The position numbers and the translations under genes were made by a program. Positions 1 to 14,572 of a DNA stretch of 64,000 nucleotides are shown here, piece after piece. The stretch lies in the NCBI GenBank assembly GCA_053919585.1, contig CM132791.1, one strand, 5' to 3'. The number at the start of each line of letters is the position of its first letter. Position 1 is the first letter of the stretch. This stretch comes from Euprymna scolopes. Its lineage: Eukaryota. The notes below the pieces were generated by a model. It saw only the letters and a program-made list of their open reading frames with translations. It had not been told where the DNA came from and ran no database searches.

Positions 1-3000
1 ACTGGAGGATTTCCCTCCTCACTCCATTCCATAGATACTGGAGNNNNNNNNNNNNNNNNNNNNNNNNNNNNNNNNNNNNNNNNNNNNNNNNNNNNNNNNN
101 NNNNNNNNNNNNNNNNNNNNNNNNNNNNNNNNNNNNNNNNNNNCCCCCCCTCACTCCATTCCATAGATACTGGAGGATTCCCCCCCCCTCACTCCATTCC
201 ATAGATACTGGAGGATTTCCCTCCTCACTCCATTCCATAGATACTGGAGGATTCCCCCTCCCTCACTCCATTCCATAGATACTGGAGGATTTCCCTCCTC
301 ACTCCATTCCATAGATACTGGAGGATTCCCCCCCCTCACTCCATTCCATAGATACTGGAGGATTTCCCTCCTCACTCCATTCATAGATACTGGAGGATTC
401 CCCCCCCTCACTCCATTCCATAGATAATGGAGGATTCCCCTCCTCACTCCATTCCATAGATACTGGAGGATTCCCCCCCCCTCACTTCATTCCATAGATA
501 CTGGAGGATTTCCCTTCCTCACTCCATTCCATAGATAATGGAGGATTTCCCCTCCTCACTCCATTCCATAGATACTGGAGGATTCCCCCTCCCTCACTCC
601 ATTCCATAGATACTGGAGGATTTCCTCTCCCACTCCACTAGATACTGGAGGATTCCCTCCTCACTCCATTCCATAGATACTGGAGGATTCCCCCCCCTCA
701 CTCCATTCCATAGATACTGGAGGATTTCCCTCCTCACTCCATTCCATAGATACTGGAGGATTCCCCTCCTCACTCCATTCCATAGATACTGGAGGATTCC
801 CCCTCCCTCACTCCATTCCATAGATACTGGAGGATTTCCCTCCTCACTCCATTCCATAGATACTGGAGGATTTCCCTCCTCACTCCATTCCATAGATACT
901 GGAGGATTCCCCCCCCCTCACTCCATTCCATAGATAATGGAGGATTTCCCTCCTCACTCCATTCCATAGATACTGGAGGATTTCCCTCCTCACTCCATTC
1001 CATAGATAATGGAGGATTTCCCTCCTCACTCCATTCCATAGATACTGGAGGATTCCCCCTCCCTCACTCAATTCCATAGATACTGGAGGATTTCCCTCCT
1101 CACTCCATTCCATAGATACTGGAGGATTCCCCCTCCCTCACTCCATTCCATAGATACTGGAGGATTTCCCTCCTCACTCCATTCCATAGATACTGGAGGA
1201 TTCCCCTCCTCACTCCATTCCATAGATACTGGAGGATTCCCCCTCCCTCACTCCATTCCATAGATACTGGAGGATTTCCCTCCTCACTCCATTCCATAGA
1301 TACTGGAGGATTCCCCCCCCCCTCACTCCATTCCATAGATACTGGAGGATTTCCCTCCTCACTCCATTCCATAGATACTGGAGGATTTCCCTCCTCACTC
1401 CATTCCATAGATACTGGAGGATTTCCCTCCTCACTCCATTCCATAGATACTGGAGATTTCCCTCCTCACTCCATTCCATAGATACTGGAGGATTTCCCTC
1501 CTCACTCCATTCCATAGATACTGGAGGATTCCCCCCCCCCTCACTCCATTCCATAGATACTGGAGGATTTCCCTCCTCACTCCATTCCATAGATACTGGA
1601 GGATTTCCCTCCTCACTCCATTCCATAGATACTGGAGGATTTCCCTCCTCACTCCATTCCATAGATACTGGAGGATTTCCCTCCTCACTCCATTCCATAG
1701 ATACTGGAGGATTCCCCCTCCCTCACTCCATTTCATAGATACTGGAGGATTTCCCTCCTCACTCCATTCCATAGATACTGGAGGATTCCCCCCTCCCTCA
1801 CTCCATTCCATAGATACTGGAGGATTTCCCTCCTCACTCCATTCCATAGATACTGGAGGATTCCCCCCCCCCTCACTCCATTCCATAGATACTGGAGGAT
1901 TTCCCTCCTCACTCCATTCCATAGATACTGGAGGATTTCCCTCCTCACTCCATTCCATAGATAATGGAGGATTTCCCTCCTCACTCCATTCCATAGATAC
2001 TGGAGGATTTCCCCTCCTCACTCCTTCCATAGATACTGGAGGATTTCCCTCCTCACTCCATTCCATAGATACTGGAGGATTCCCCCCCCTCACTCCATTC
2101 CATAGATACTGGAGGATTTCCCTCCTCACTCCATTCCATAGATACTGGAGGATTCCCCCCCCTCACTCCATTCCATAGATAATGGAGGATTTCCCTCCTC
2201 ACTCCATTCCATAGATACTGGAGGATTCCCCTCCTCACTTCATTCCATAGATACTGGAGGATTCCCCCTCCCTCACTCCATTCCATAGATACTGGAGGAT
2301 TTCCCTCCTCACTCCATTCCATAGATACTGGAGGATTCCCCCCCCCTCACTCCATTCCATAGATACTGGAGGATTTCCCTCCTCACTCCATTCCATAGAT
2401 ACTGGGAGGATTCCCCCCTCACTCCATTCCATAGATAATGGAGGATTCCCCTCCTCACTCCATTCCATAGATACTGGAGGATTCCCCCCCCCTCACTTCA
2501 TTCCATAGATACTGGAGGATTTCCCTCCTCACTCCATTCCATAGATAATGGAGGATTTCCCTCCTCACTCCATTCCATAGATACTGGAGGATTCCCCCTC
2601 CCTCACTCCATTCCATAGATACTGGAGGATTTCCCTCCTCACTCCATTCCATAGATACTGGAGGATTCCCCCCCCTCACTCCATTCCATAGATACTGGAG
2701 GATTTCCCTCCTCACTCCATTCCATAGATACTGGAGGATTCCCCTCCTCACTCCATTCCATAGATACTGGAGGATTCCCCCTCCCTCACTCCATTCCATA
2801 GATACTGGAGGATTTCCCTCCTCACTCCATTCCATAGATACTGGAGGATTTCCCTCCTCACTCCATTCCATAGATACTGGAGGATTCCCCCCCCCTCACT
2901 CCATTCCATAGATAATGGAGGATTTCCCTCCTCACTCCATTCCATAGATACTGGAGGATTTCCCTCCTCACTCCATTCCATAGATAATGGAGGATTTCCC

Positions 3001-6000
3001 TCCTCACTCCATTCCATAGATACTGGAGGATTCCCCCTCCCTCACTCCATTCCATAGATACTGGAGGATTTCCCTCCTCACTCCATTCCATAGATACTGG
3101 AGGATTCCCCCTCGCTCACTCCATTCCATAGATACTGGAGGATTTCCCTCCTCACTCCATTCCATAGATACTGGAGGATTCCCCTCCTCACTCCATTCCA
3201 TAGATACTGGAGGATTCCCCCTCCCTCACTCCATTCCATAGATACTGGAGGATTTCCCTCCTCACTCCATTCCATAGATACTGGAGGATTCCCCCCCCCT
3301 CACTCCATTCCATAGATACTGGAGGATTTCCCTCCTCACTCCATTCCATAGATACTGGAGGATTTCCCTCCTCACTCCATTCCATAGATACTGGAGGATT
3401 TCCCTCCTCACTCCATTCCATAGATACTGGAGGATTTCCCTCCTCACTCCATTCCATAGATACTGGAGGATTTCCCTCCTCACTCCATTCCATAGATACT
3501 GGAGGATTCCCCCCCCCTCACTCCATTCCATAGATACTGGAGGATTTCCCTCCTCACTCCATTCCATAGATACTGGAGGATTTCCCTCCTCACTCCATTC
3601 CATAGATACTGGAGGATTTCCCTCCTCACTCCATTCCATAGATACTGGAGGATTTCCCTCCTCACTCCATTCCATAGATACTGGAGGATTCCCCCTCCCT
3701 CACTCCATTTCATAGATACTGGAGGATTTCCCTCCTCACTCCATTCCATAGATACTGGAGGATTCCCCCTCCCTCACTCCAATTCCATAGATACTGGAGG
3801 ATTTCCCTCCTCACTCCATTCCATAGATACTGAAGGATTCCCCCCCCTCACTCCATTCCATAGATACTGGAGGATTTCCCTCCTCACTCCATTCCATAGA
3901 TACTGGAGGATTTTCCTCCTCACTCCATTCCATAGATAATGGAGGATTTCCCTCCTCACTCCATTCCATAGATACTGGAGGATTTCCCCTCCTCACTCCA
4001 TTCCATAGATACTGGAGGATTTCCCTCCTCACTCCATTCCATAGATACTGGAGGATTCCCCCCCCCCTCACTCCATTCCATAGATACTGGAGGATTTCCC
4101 TCCTCACTCCATTCCATAGATACTGGAGGATTCCCCCCCCCCCTCACTCCATTCCATAGATAATGGAGGATTTCCCTCCTCACTCCATTCCATAGATACT
4201 GGAGGATTCCCCTCCTCACTTCATTCCATAGATACTGGAGGATTCCCCCTCCCTCACTCCATTCCATAGATACTGGAGGATTTCCCTCCTCACTCCATTC
4301 CATAGATACTGGAGGATTCCCCCCCCCCTCACTCCATTCCATAGATAATGGAGGATTTCCCTCCTCACTCCATTCCATAGATACTGGAGGATTTCCCTCC
4401 TCACTTCATTCCATAGATACTGGAGGATTCCCCCTCCCTCACTCCATTCCATAGATACTGGAGGATTTCCCTCCTCACTCCATTCCATAGATACTGGAGG
4501 ATTCCCCCCCCTCACTCCATTCCATAGATAATGGAGGATTTCCCTCCTCACTCCATTCCATAGATACTGGAGGATTTCCCCTCCTCACTTCATTCCATAG
4601 ATACTGGAGGATTCCCCCTCCCTCACTCCATTCCATAGATACTGGAGGATTTCCCTCCTCACTCCATTCCATAGATACTGGTGGATTCCCCCCCCCCTCA
4701 CTCCATTCCATAGATAATGGAGGATTTCCCTCCTCACTCCATTCCATAGATACTGGAGGATTTCCCTCCTCACTTCATTCCATAGATACTGGAGGATTCC
4801 CCCTCCCTCACTCCATTCCATAGATACTGGAGGATTTCCCTCCTCACTCCATTCCATAGATACTGGAGGATTCCCCCCCCCCCCTCACTCCATTCCATAG
4901 ATACTGGAGGATTTCCCTCCTCACTCCATTCCATAGATACTGGAGGATTCCCCCCCCCCTCACTCCATTCCATAAATACTGGAGGATTTCCCTCCTCACT
5001 CCATTCCATAGATACTGGAGGATTTCCCTCCTCACTCCATTCCATAGATACTGGAGGATTCCCCCCCCTCACTCCATTCCATAGATACTGGAGGATTTCC
5101 CTCCTCACTCCATTCCATAGATACTGGAGGATTTCCCTCCTCACTTCATTCCATAGATACTGGAGGATTCCCCCTCCCTCACTCCATTCCATAGATACTG
5201 GAGGATTTCCCTCCTCACTCCATTCCATAGATACTGGAGGATTCCCCCCCCCCTCACTCCATTCCATAGATACTGGAGGATTTCCCTCCTCACTCCATTC
5301 CATAGATACTGGAGGATTCCCCCCCCTCACTCCATTCCATAGATAATGGAGGATTTCCCTCCTCACTCCATTCCATAGATACTGGAGGATTTCCCTCCTC
5401 ACTTCATTCCATAGATACTGGAGGATTCTCCCTCCCTCACTCCATTCCATAGATACTGGAGGATTTCCCTCCTCACTCCATTCCATAGATACTGGAGGAT
5501 TCCCCTTCCTCACTTCATTCCATAGATACTGGAGGATTCCCCCTCCCTCACTCCATTCCATAGATACTGGAGGATTTCCCTCCTCACTCCATTCCATAGA
5601 TACTGGAGGATTCCCCCCCTCACTCCATTCCATAGATAATGGAGGATTTCCCTCCTCACTCCATTCCATAGATACTGGAGGATTTCCCTCCTCACTCCAT
5701 TCCATAGATACTGGAGGATTTCCCTCCTCACTCCATTCCATAGATACTGGAGGATTCCCCTCCTCACTCCATTCCATAGATACTGGAGGATTCCCCCCTC
5801 CCTCACTCCATTCCATAGATACTGGAGGATTTCCCTCCTCACTCCATTCCATAGATACTGGAGGATTCCCCCCCCCCCTCACCCCATTCCATAGATAATG
5901 GAGGATTTCCCTCCTCACTCCATTCCATAGATACTGGAGGATTCCCCCCCCCTCACTCCATTCCATAGATAATGGAGGATTTCCCTCCTCACTCCATTCC

Positions 6001-9000
6001 ATAGATACTGGAGGATTTCCCTCCTCACTCCATTCCATAGATACTGGAGGATTTCCCTCCTCACTCCATTCCATAGATACTGGAGGATTCCCCCCTCCTC
6101 ACTCCATTCCATAGATACTGGAGGATTTCCCTCCTCACTCCATTCCATAGATACTGGAGGATTTCCCCCCCCCCCTCACTCCATTCCATAGATAATGGAG
6201 GATTTCCCTCCTCACTCCATTCCATAGATACTGGAGGATTTCCCTCCTCACTCCATTCCATAGATACTGGAGGATTTCCCTCCTCACTCCATTCCATAGA
6301 TACTGGAGGATTTCCCTCCTCACTCCATTCCATAGATACTGGAGGATTTCCCTCCTCACTCCATTCCATAGATACTGGAGGATTCCCCCCCCCCCCCTCA
6401 CTCCATTCCATAGATAATGGAGGATTTCCCTCCTCACTCCATTCCATAGATACTGGAGGATTTCCCTCCTCACTCCCATTCCATAGATAATGGAGGATTT
6501 CCCTCCTCACTCCATTCCATAGATACTGGAGGATTCCCCCTCCCTCACTCCATTCCATAGATACTGGAGGATTTCCCTCCTCACTCCATTCCATAGATAC
6601 TGGAGGATTCCCCCCCCCTCACTCCATTCCATAGATACTGGAGGATTTCCCTCCTCACTCCATTCCATAGATACTGGAGGATTCCCCTCCTCACTCCATT
6701 CCATAGATACTGGAGGATTCCCCCTCCCTCACTCCATTCCATAGATACTGGAGGATTTCCCTCCTCACTCCATTCCATAGATACTGGAGGATTCCCCCCC
6801 CTCACTCCATTCCATAGATACTGGAGGATTTCCCTCCTCACTCCATTCCATAGATACTGGAGGATTTCCCTCCTCACTCCATTCCATAGATACTGGAGGA
6901 TTTCCCTCCTCACTCCATTCCATAGATACTGGAGGATTTCCCTCCTCACTCCATTCCATAGATACTGGAGGATTTCCCTCCTCACTCCATTCCATAGATA
7001 CTGGAGGATTCCCCCCCCCCTCACTCCATTCCATAGATACTGGAGGATTTCCCTCCTCACTCCATTCCATAGATACTGGAGGATTTCCCTCCTCACTCCA
7101 TTCCATAGATACTGGAGGATTTCCCTCCTCACTCCATTCCATAGATACTGGAGGATTTCCCTCCTCACTCCATTCCATAGATACTGGAGGATTCCCCCTC
7201 CCTCACTCCATTCCATAGATACTGGAGGATTTCCCTCCTCACTCCATTCCATAGATACTGGAGGATTCCCCCCCCCCTCACTCCATTCCATAGATACTGG
7301 AGGATTTCCCTCCTCACTCCATTCCATAGATACTGGAGGATTCCCCTCCTCACTCCATTCCATAGATACTGGAGGATTTCCCTCCTCACTCCATTCCATA
7401 GATACTGGAGGATTCCCTCCTCACTCCATTCCATAGATACTGGAGGATTCCCCCCCTCACTCCATTCCATAGATACTGGAGGATTTCCCTCCTCACTCCA
7501 TTCCATAGATACTGGAGGATTCCCCTCCTCACTCCATTCCATAGATACTGGAGGATTCCCCCCTCCCTCACTCCATTCCATAGATACTGGAGGATTTCCC
7601 TCCTCACTCCATTCCATAGATACTGGGGGATTCCCCCCCCCCTCACTCCATTCCATAGATACTGGAGGATTTCCCTCCTCACTCCATTCCATAGATACTG
7701 GAGGATTCCCCTCCTCACTCCATTCCATAGATACTGGAGGATTCCCCCTCCCTCACTCCATTCCATAGATACTGGAGGATTTCCCTCCTCACTCCATTCC
7801 ATAGATACTGGAGGATTCCCCCCCCCCTCACTCCATTCCATAGATACTGGAGGATTTCCCTCCTCACTCCATTCCATAGATACTGGAGGATTTCCCTCCT
7901 CACTCCATTCCATAGATACTGGAGGATTTCCCTCCTCACTCCATTCCATAGATACTGGAGGATTTCCCTCCTCACTCCATTCCATAGATACTGGAGGATT
8001 TCCCTCCTCACTACCATTCCATAGATACTGGAGGATTCCCCCCCCTCACTCCATTCCATAGATACTGGAGGATTTTCCCTCCTCACTCCATTCCATAGAT
8101 ACTGGAGGATTTCCCTCCTCACTCCATTCCATAGATACTGGAGGATTTCCCTCCTCACTCCATTCCATAGATACTGGAGGATTTCCCTCCTCACTCCATT
8201 CCATAGATACTGGAGGATTTCCCTCCTCACTCCATTCCATAGATACTGGAGGATTCCCCCCCCCTCACTCCATTCCATAGATACTGGAGGATTCCCCTCC
8301 TCACTCCATTCCATAGATACTGGAGGATTTCCCTCCTCACTCCATTCCATAGATACTGGAGGATTCCCCCCCTCACTCCATTCCATAGATACTGGAGGAT
8401 TTCCCTCCTCACTCCATTCCATAGATACTGGAGGATTCCCCTCCTCACTCCATTCCATAGATACTGGAGGATTTCCCTCCTCACTCCATTCCATAGATAC
8501 TGGAGGATTTCCCCCCCCTCACTCCATTCCATAGATACTGGAGGATTTCCCTCCTCACTCCATTCCATAGATACTGGAGGATTCCCTCCTCACTCCATTC
8601 CATAGATACTGGAGGATTCCCCCCCTCACTCCATTCCATAGATACTGGAGGATTTCCCTCCTCACTCCATTCCATAGATACTGGAGGATTTCCCCTCCTC
8701 ACTCCATTCCATAGATACTGGAGGATTTCCCCCCCTCACTCCATTCCATAGATACTGGAGGATTTCCCTCCTCACTCCATTCCATAGATACTGGAGGATT
8801 CCCTCCTCACTCCATTCCATAGATACTGGAGGATTTCCCTCCTCACTCCATTCCATAGATACTGGAGGATTTCCCTCCTCACTCCATTCCATAGATACTG
8901 GAGGATTCCCCTCCTCACTCCATTCCATAGATACTGGAGGATTTCCCCTCCTCACTCCATTCCATAGATACTGGAGGATTTCCCTCCTCACTCCATTCCA

Positions 9001-12000
9001 TAGATACTGGAGGATTCCTCCCTCCCTCACTCCATTCCATAGATACTGGAGGATTTCCCTCCTCACTCCATTCCATAGATACTGGAGGATTTCCCCCCCC
9101 TCACTCCATTCCATAGATACTGGAGGATTTCCCTCCTCACTCCATTCCATAGATACTGGAGGATTCCCCTCCTCACTCCATTCCATAGATAATGGAGGAT
9201 TTCCCTCCTCACTCCATTCCATAGATACTGGAGGATTCCCCCCCCCTCACTCCATTCCATAAATACTGGAGGATTTCCCTCCTCACTCCATTCCATAGAT
9301 ACTGGAGGATTTCCCTCCTCACTCCATTCCATAGATACTGGAGGATTTCCCTCCTCACTCCATTCCATAGATACTGGAGGATTCCCCCCCCCTCACTCCA
9401 TTCCATAGATACTGGAGGATTTCCCTCCTCACTCCATTCCATAGATACTGGAGGATTTCCCTCCTCACTTCCATTCCATAGATACTGGAGGATTCCCTCC
9501 CTCACTCCATTCCATAGATACTGGAGGATTTCCCTCCTCACTCCATTCCATAGATACTGGAGGATTCCCCCCCCTCACTCCATTCCATAGATAATGGAGG
9601 ATTTCCCTCCTCACTCCATTCCATAGATACTGGAGGATTTCCCTCCTCACTCCATTCCATAGATACTGGAGGATTTCCCTCCTCACTCCATTCCATAGAT
9701 ACTGGAGGATTTCCCTCCTCACTCCATTCCATAGATACTGGAGGATTTCCCTCCTCACTTCATTCCATAGATACTGGAGGATTTCCCTCCTCACTCCATT
9801 CCATAGATACTGGAGGATTTCCCTCCTCACTCCATTCCATAGATACTGGAGGATTTCCCTCCTCACTCCATTCCATAGATACTGGAGGATTTCCCTCCTC
9901 ACTTCCATTCCATAGATACTGGAGGATTCCCCCCCCCCTCACTCCATTCCATAGATACTGGAGGATTTCCCTCCTCACTCCATTCCATAGATACTGGAGG
10001 ATTTCCCTCCTCACTCCATTCCATAGATACTGGAGGATTTCCCTCCTCACTCCATTCCATAGATACTGGAGGATTTCCCTCCTCACTTCATTCCATAGAT
10101 ACTGGAGGATTTCCCTCCTCACTCCATTCCATAGATACTGGAGGATTTCCCTCCTCACTCCATTCCATAGATACTGGAGGATTTCCCTCCTCACTTCATT
10201 CCATAGATACTGGAGGATTTCCCTCCTCACTTCATTCCATAGATAATGGAGGATTTCCCTCCTCACTCCATTCCATAGATACTGGAGGATTTCCCTCCTC
10301 ACTCCATTCCATAGATACTGGAGGATTTCCCTCCTCACTCCATTCCATAGATACTGGAGGATTTCCCTCCTCACTCCATTCCATAGATACTGGAGGATTT
10401 CCCTCCTCACTTCATTCCATAGATACTGGAGGATTTCCCTCCTCACTCCATTCCATAGATACTGGAGGATTTCCCTCCTCACTCCATTCCATAGATACTG
10501 GAGGATTTCCCTCCTCACTCCATTCCATAGATACTGGAGGATTTCCCTCCTCACTCCATTCCATAGATACTGGAGGATTTCCCTCCTCACTCCATTCCAT
10601 AGATACTGGAGGATTTCCCTCCTCACTCCATTCCATAGATACTGGAGGATTTCCCTCCTCACTCCATTCCATAGATACTGGAGGATTTCCCTCCTCACTC
10701 CATTCCATAGATACTGGAGGATTTCCCTCCTCACTCCATTCCATAGATACTGGAGGATTTCCCTCCTCACTTCATTCCATAGATACTGGAGGATTCCCCC
10801 CCCTCACTCCATTCCATAGATACTGGAGGATTTCCCTCCTCACTCCATTCCATAGATACTGGAGGATTCCCCCCCCCTCACTCCATTCCATAGATAATGG
10901 AGGATTTCCCTCCTCACTCCATTCCATAGATACTGGAGGATTCCCCCCCCTCACTCCATTCCATAAATACTGGAGGATTTCCCTCCTCACTCCATTCCAT
11001 AGATACTGGAGGATTTCCCTCCTCACTCCATTCCATAGATACTGGAGGATTTCCCTCCTCACTCCATTCCATAGATACTGGAGGATTCCCCCCCCCTCAC
11101 TCCATTCCATAAATACTGGAGGATTTCCCTCCTCACTCCATTCCATAGATACTGGAGGATTTCCCTCCTCACTCCATTCCATAGATACTGGAGGATTTCC
11201 CTCCTCACTCCATTCCATAGATACTGGGGGATTCCCCCCCCCTCACTCCATTCCATAGATACTGGAGGATTTCCCTCCTCACTCCATTCCATAGATACTG
11301 GAGGATTTCCCTCCTCACTTCATTCCATAGATACTGGAGGATTCCCCCTCCCTCACTCCATTCCATAGATACTGGAGGATTTCCCTCCTCACTCCATTCC
11401 ATAGATACTGGAGGATTCCCCCCCCCCTCACTCCATTCCATAGATAATGGAGGATTTCCCTCCTCACTCCATTCCATAGATACTGGAGGATTTCCCTCCT
11501 CACTCAATTCCATAGATACTGGAGGATTCCCCCCCCCTCACTCCATTCCATAGATACTGGAGGATTTCCCTCCTCACTCCATTCCATAGATACTGGAGGA
11601 TTTCCCTCCTCACTTCATTCCATAGATACTGGAGGATTCCCCCTCCCTCACTCCATTCCATAGATACTGGAGGATTTCCCTCCTCACTCCATTCCATAGA
11701 TACTGGAGGATTTCCCTCCTCACTTCATTCCATAGATACTGGAGGATTCCCCCTCCCTCACTCCATTCCATAGATACTGGAGGATTTCCCTCCTCACTCC
11801 ATTCCATAGATACTGGAGGATTCCCCCCCCCCTCACTCCATTCCATAGATAATGGAGGATTTCCCTCCTCACTCCATTCCATAGATACTGGAGGATTTCC
11901 CTCCTCACTCAATTCCATAGATACTGGAGGATTCCCCCCCCTCACTCCATTCCATAGATACTGGAGGATTTCCCTCCTCACTCCATTCCATAGATACTGG

Positions 12001-14572
12001 AGGATTTCCCTCCTCACTTCATTCCATAGATACTGGAGGATTCCCCCTCCCTCACTCCATTCCATAGATACTGGAGGATTTCCCTCCTCACTCCATTCCA
12101 TAGATACTGGAGGATTCCCCCCCCCCTCACTCCATTCCATAGATAATGGAGGATTTCCCTCCTCACTCCATTCCATAGATACTGGAGGATTCCCCCCCCC
12201 CTCACTCCATTCCATAGATACTGGAGGATTTCCCTCCTCACTCCATTCCATAGATACTGGAGGATTTCCCTCCTCACTCCATTCCATAGATACTGGAGGA
12301 TTTCCCTCCTCACTCCATTCCATAGATACTGGAGGATTCCCCCCCCCCTCACTCCATTCCATAAATACTGGAGGATTTCCCTCCTCACTCCATTCCATAG
12401 ATACTGGAGGATTTCCCTCCTCACTCCATTCCATAGATACTGGAGGATTTCCCTCCTCACTCCATTCCATAGATACTGGAGGATTCCCCCCCCCCTCACT
12501 CCATTCCATAGATACTGGAGGATTTCCCTCCTCACTCCATTCCATAGATACTGGAGGATTTCCCTCCTCACTTCATTCCATAGATACTGGAGGATTCCCC
12601 CTCCCTCACTCCATTCCATAGATACTGGAGGATTTCCCTCCTCACTCCATTCCATAGATACTGGAGGATTCCCCCCCCCTCACTCCATTCCATAGATAAT
12701 GGAGGATTCCCCCTCCCTCACTCCATTCCATAGATACTGGAGGATTTCCCTCCTCACTCCATTCCATAGATACTGGAGGATTCCCCCCCCCTCACTCCAT
12801 TCCATAGATAATGGAGGATTTCCCTCCTCACTCCATTCCATAGATACTGGAGGATTTCCCTCCTCACTCCATTCCATAAATACTGGAGGATTTCCCTCCT
12901 CACTTCATTCCATAGATACTGGAGGATTTCCCTCCTCACTCCATTCCATAAATACTGGAGGATTTCCCTCCTCACTCCATTCCATAAATACTGGAGGATT
13001 TCCCTCCTCACTTCATTCCATAGATACTGGAGGATTCCCCCCCCCCTCACTCCATTCCATAAATACTGGAGGATTTCCCTCCTCACTCCATTCCATAAAT
13101 ACTGGAGGATTTCCCTCCTCACTTCATTCCATAGATACTGGAGGATTCCCCCCCCCTCACTCCATTCCATAAATACTGGAGGATTTCCCTCCTCACTCCA
13201 TTCCATAAATACTGGAGGATTTCCCTCCTCACTTCATTCCATAGATACTGGAGGATTCCCCCCCCCTCACTCCATTCCATAAATACTGGAGGATTTCCCT
13301 CCTCACTCCATTCCATAGATACTGGAGGATTTCCCTCCTCACTCCATTCCATAGATACTGGAGGATTTCCCTCCTCACTCCATTCCATAGATACTGGAGG
13401 ATTTCCCTCCTCACTCCATTCCATAGATACTGGAGGATTTCCCTCCTCACTCCATTCCATAGATACTGGAGGATTTCCCTCCTCACTCCATTCCATAGAT
13501 ACTGGAGGATTTCCCTCCTCACTTCATTCCATAGATACTGGAGGATTCCCCCCCCCTCACTCCATTCCATAGATACTGGAGGATTTCCCTCCTCACTCCA
13601 TTCCATAGATACTGGAGGATTCCCCCCCCCTCACTCCATTCCATAGATAATGGAGGATTTCCCTCCTCACTCCATTCCATAGATACTGGAGGATTCCCCC
13701 CCCCTCACTCCATTCCATAAATACTGGAGGATTTCCCTCCTCACTCCATTCCATAGATACTGGAGGATTTCCCTCCTCACTCCATTCCATAGATACTGGA
13801 GGATTTCCCTCCTCACTCCATTCCATAGATACTGGAGGATTCCCCCCCCCCCCCTCACTCCATTCCATAGATACTGGAGGATTTCCCTCCTCACTCCATT
13901 CCATAGATACTGGAGGATTTCCCTCCTCACTTCATTCCATAGATACTGGAGGATTCCCCCTCCCTCACTCCATTCCATAGATACTGGAGGATTTCCCTCC
14001 TCACTCCATTCCATAGATACTTGAGGATTCCCCCCCCCCTCACTCCATTCCATAGATACTGGAGGATTTCCCTCCTCACTCCATTCCATAGATACTGGAG
14101 GATTCCCCCCCCCTCACTCCATTCCATAGATAATGGAGGATTTCCCTCCTCACTCCATTCCATAGATACTGGAGGATTTCCCTCCTCACTTCATTCCATA
14201 GATACTGGAGGATTCCCCCTCCCTCACTCCATTCCATAGATACTGGAGGATTTCCCTCCTCACTCCATTCCATAGATACTGGAGGATTCCCCCCCCCCTC
14301 ACTCCATTCCATAGATACTGGAGGATTTCCCTCCTCACTCCATTCCATAGATACTGGAGGATTTCCCTCCTCACTTCATTCCATAGATACTGGAGGATTC
14401 CCCCTCCCTCACTCCATTCCATAGATACTGGAGGATTTCCCTCCTCACTCCATTCCATAGATACTGGAGGATTCCCCCCCCCTCACTCCATTCCATAGAT
14501 AATGGAGGATTTCCCTCCTCACTCCATTCCATAGATACTGGAGGGTTTTCCTCCTCACTCCATTCCATAGAT
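1..14572. repeat. Satellite DNA array, 36-bp monomer ACTGGAGGATTTCCCTCCTCACTCCATTCCATAGAT (~400 copies) with C-run variants
   Basis: Uninterrupted head-to-tail monomers. Main variation is in the central C-rich segment (TTTCCCTCCTC, TTCCCCCTCCCTC, TT-Cn-TC), plus recurring point variants GATAATGG, CACTTCATT and ATAAATACT. Confidence 0.98.
44..143. other. Assembly gap (100 N) inside the satellite array
   Basis: Run of exactly 100 N with the same satellite monomer on both sides, so the true array length is unknown. Confidence 0.98.

Noticed and set aside
144-14500. Information coded in exact C-run lengths
   Set aside because: Homopolymer length is the least reliable feature of long-read assemblies and cannot be separated from error without reads.
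1-14572. CRISPR array (36-bp repeat with a small hairpin)
   Set aside because: Monomers are contiguous with no unique spacers, there are no cas genes, and the context is eukaryotic.
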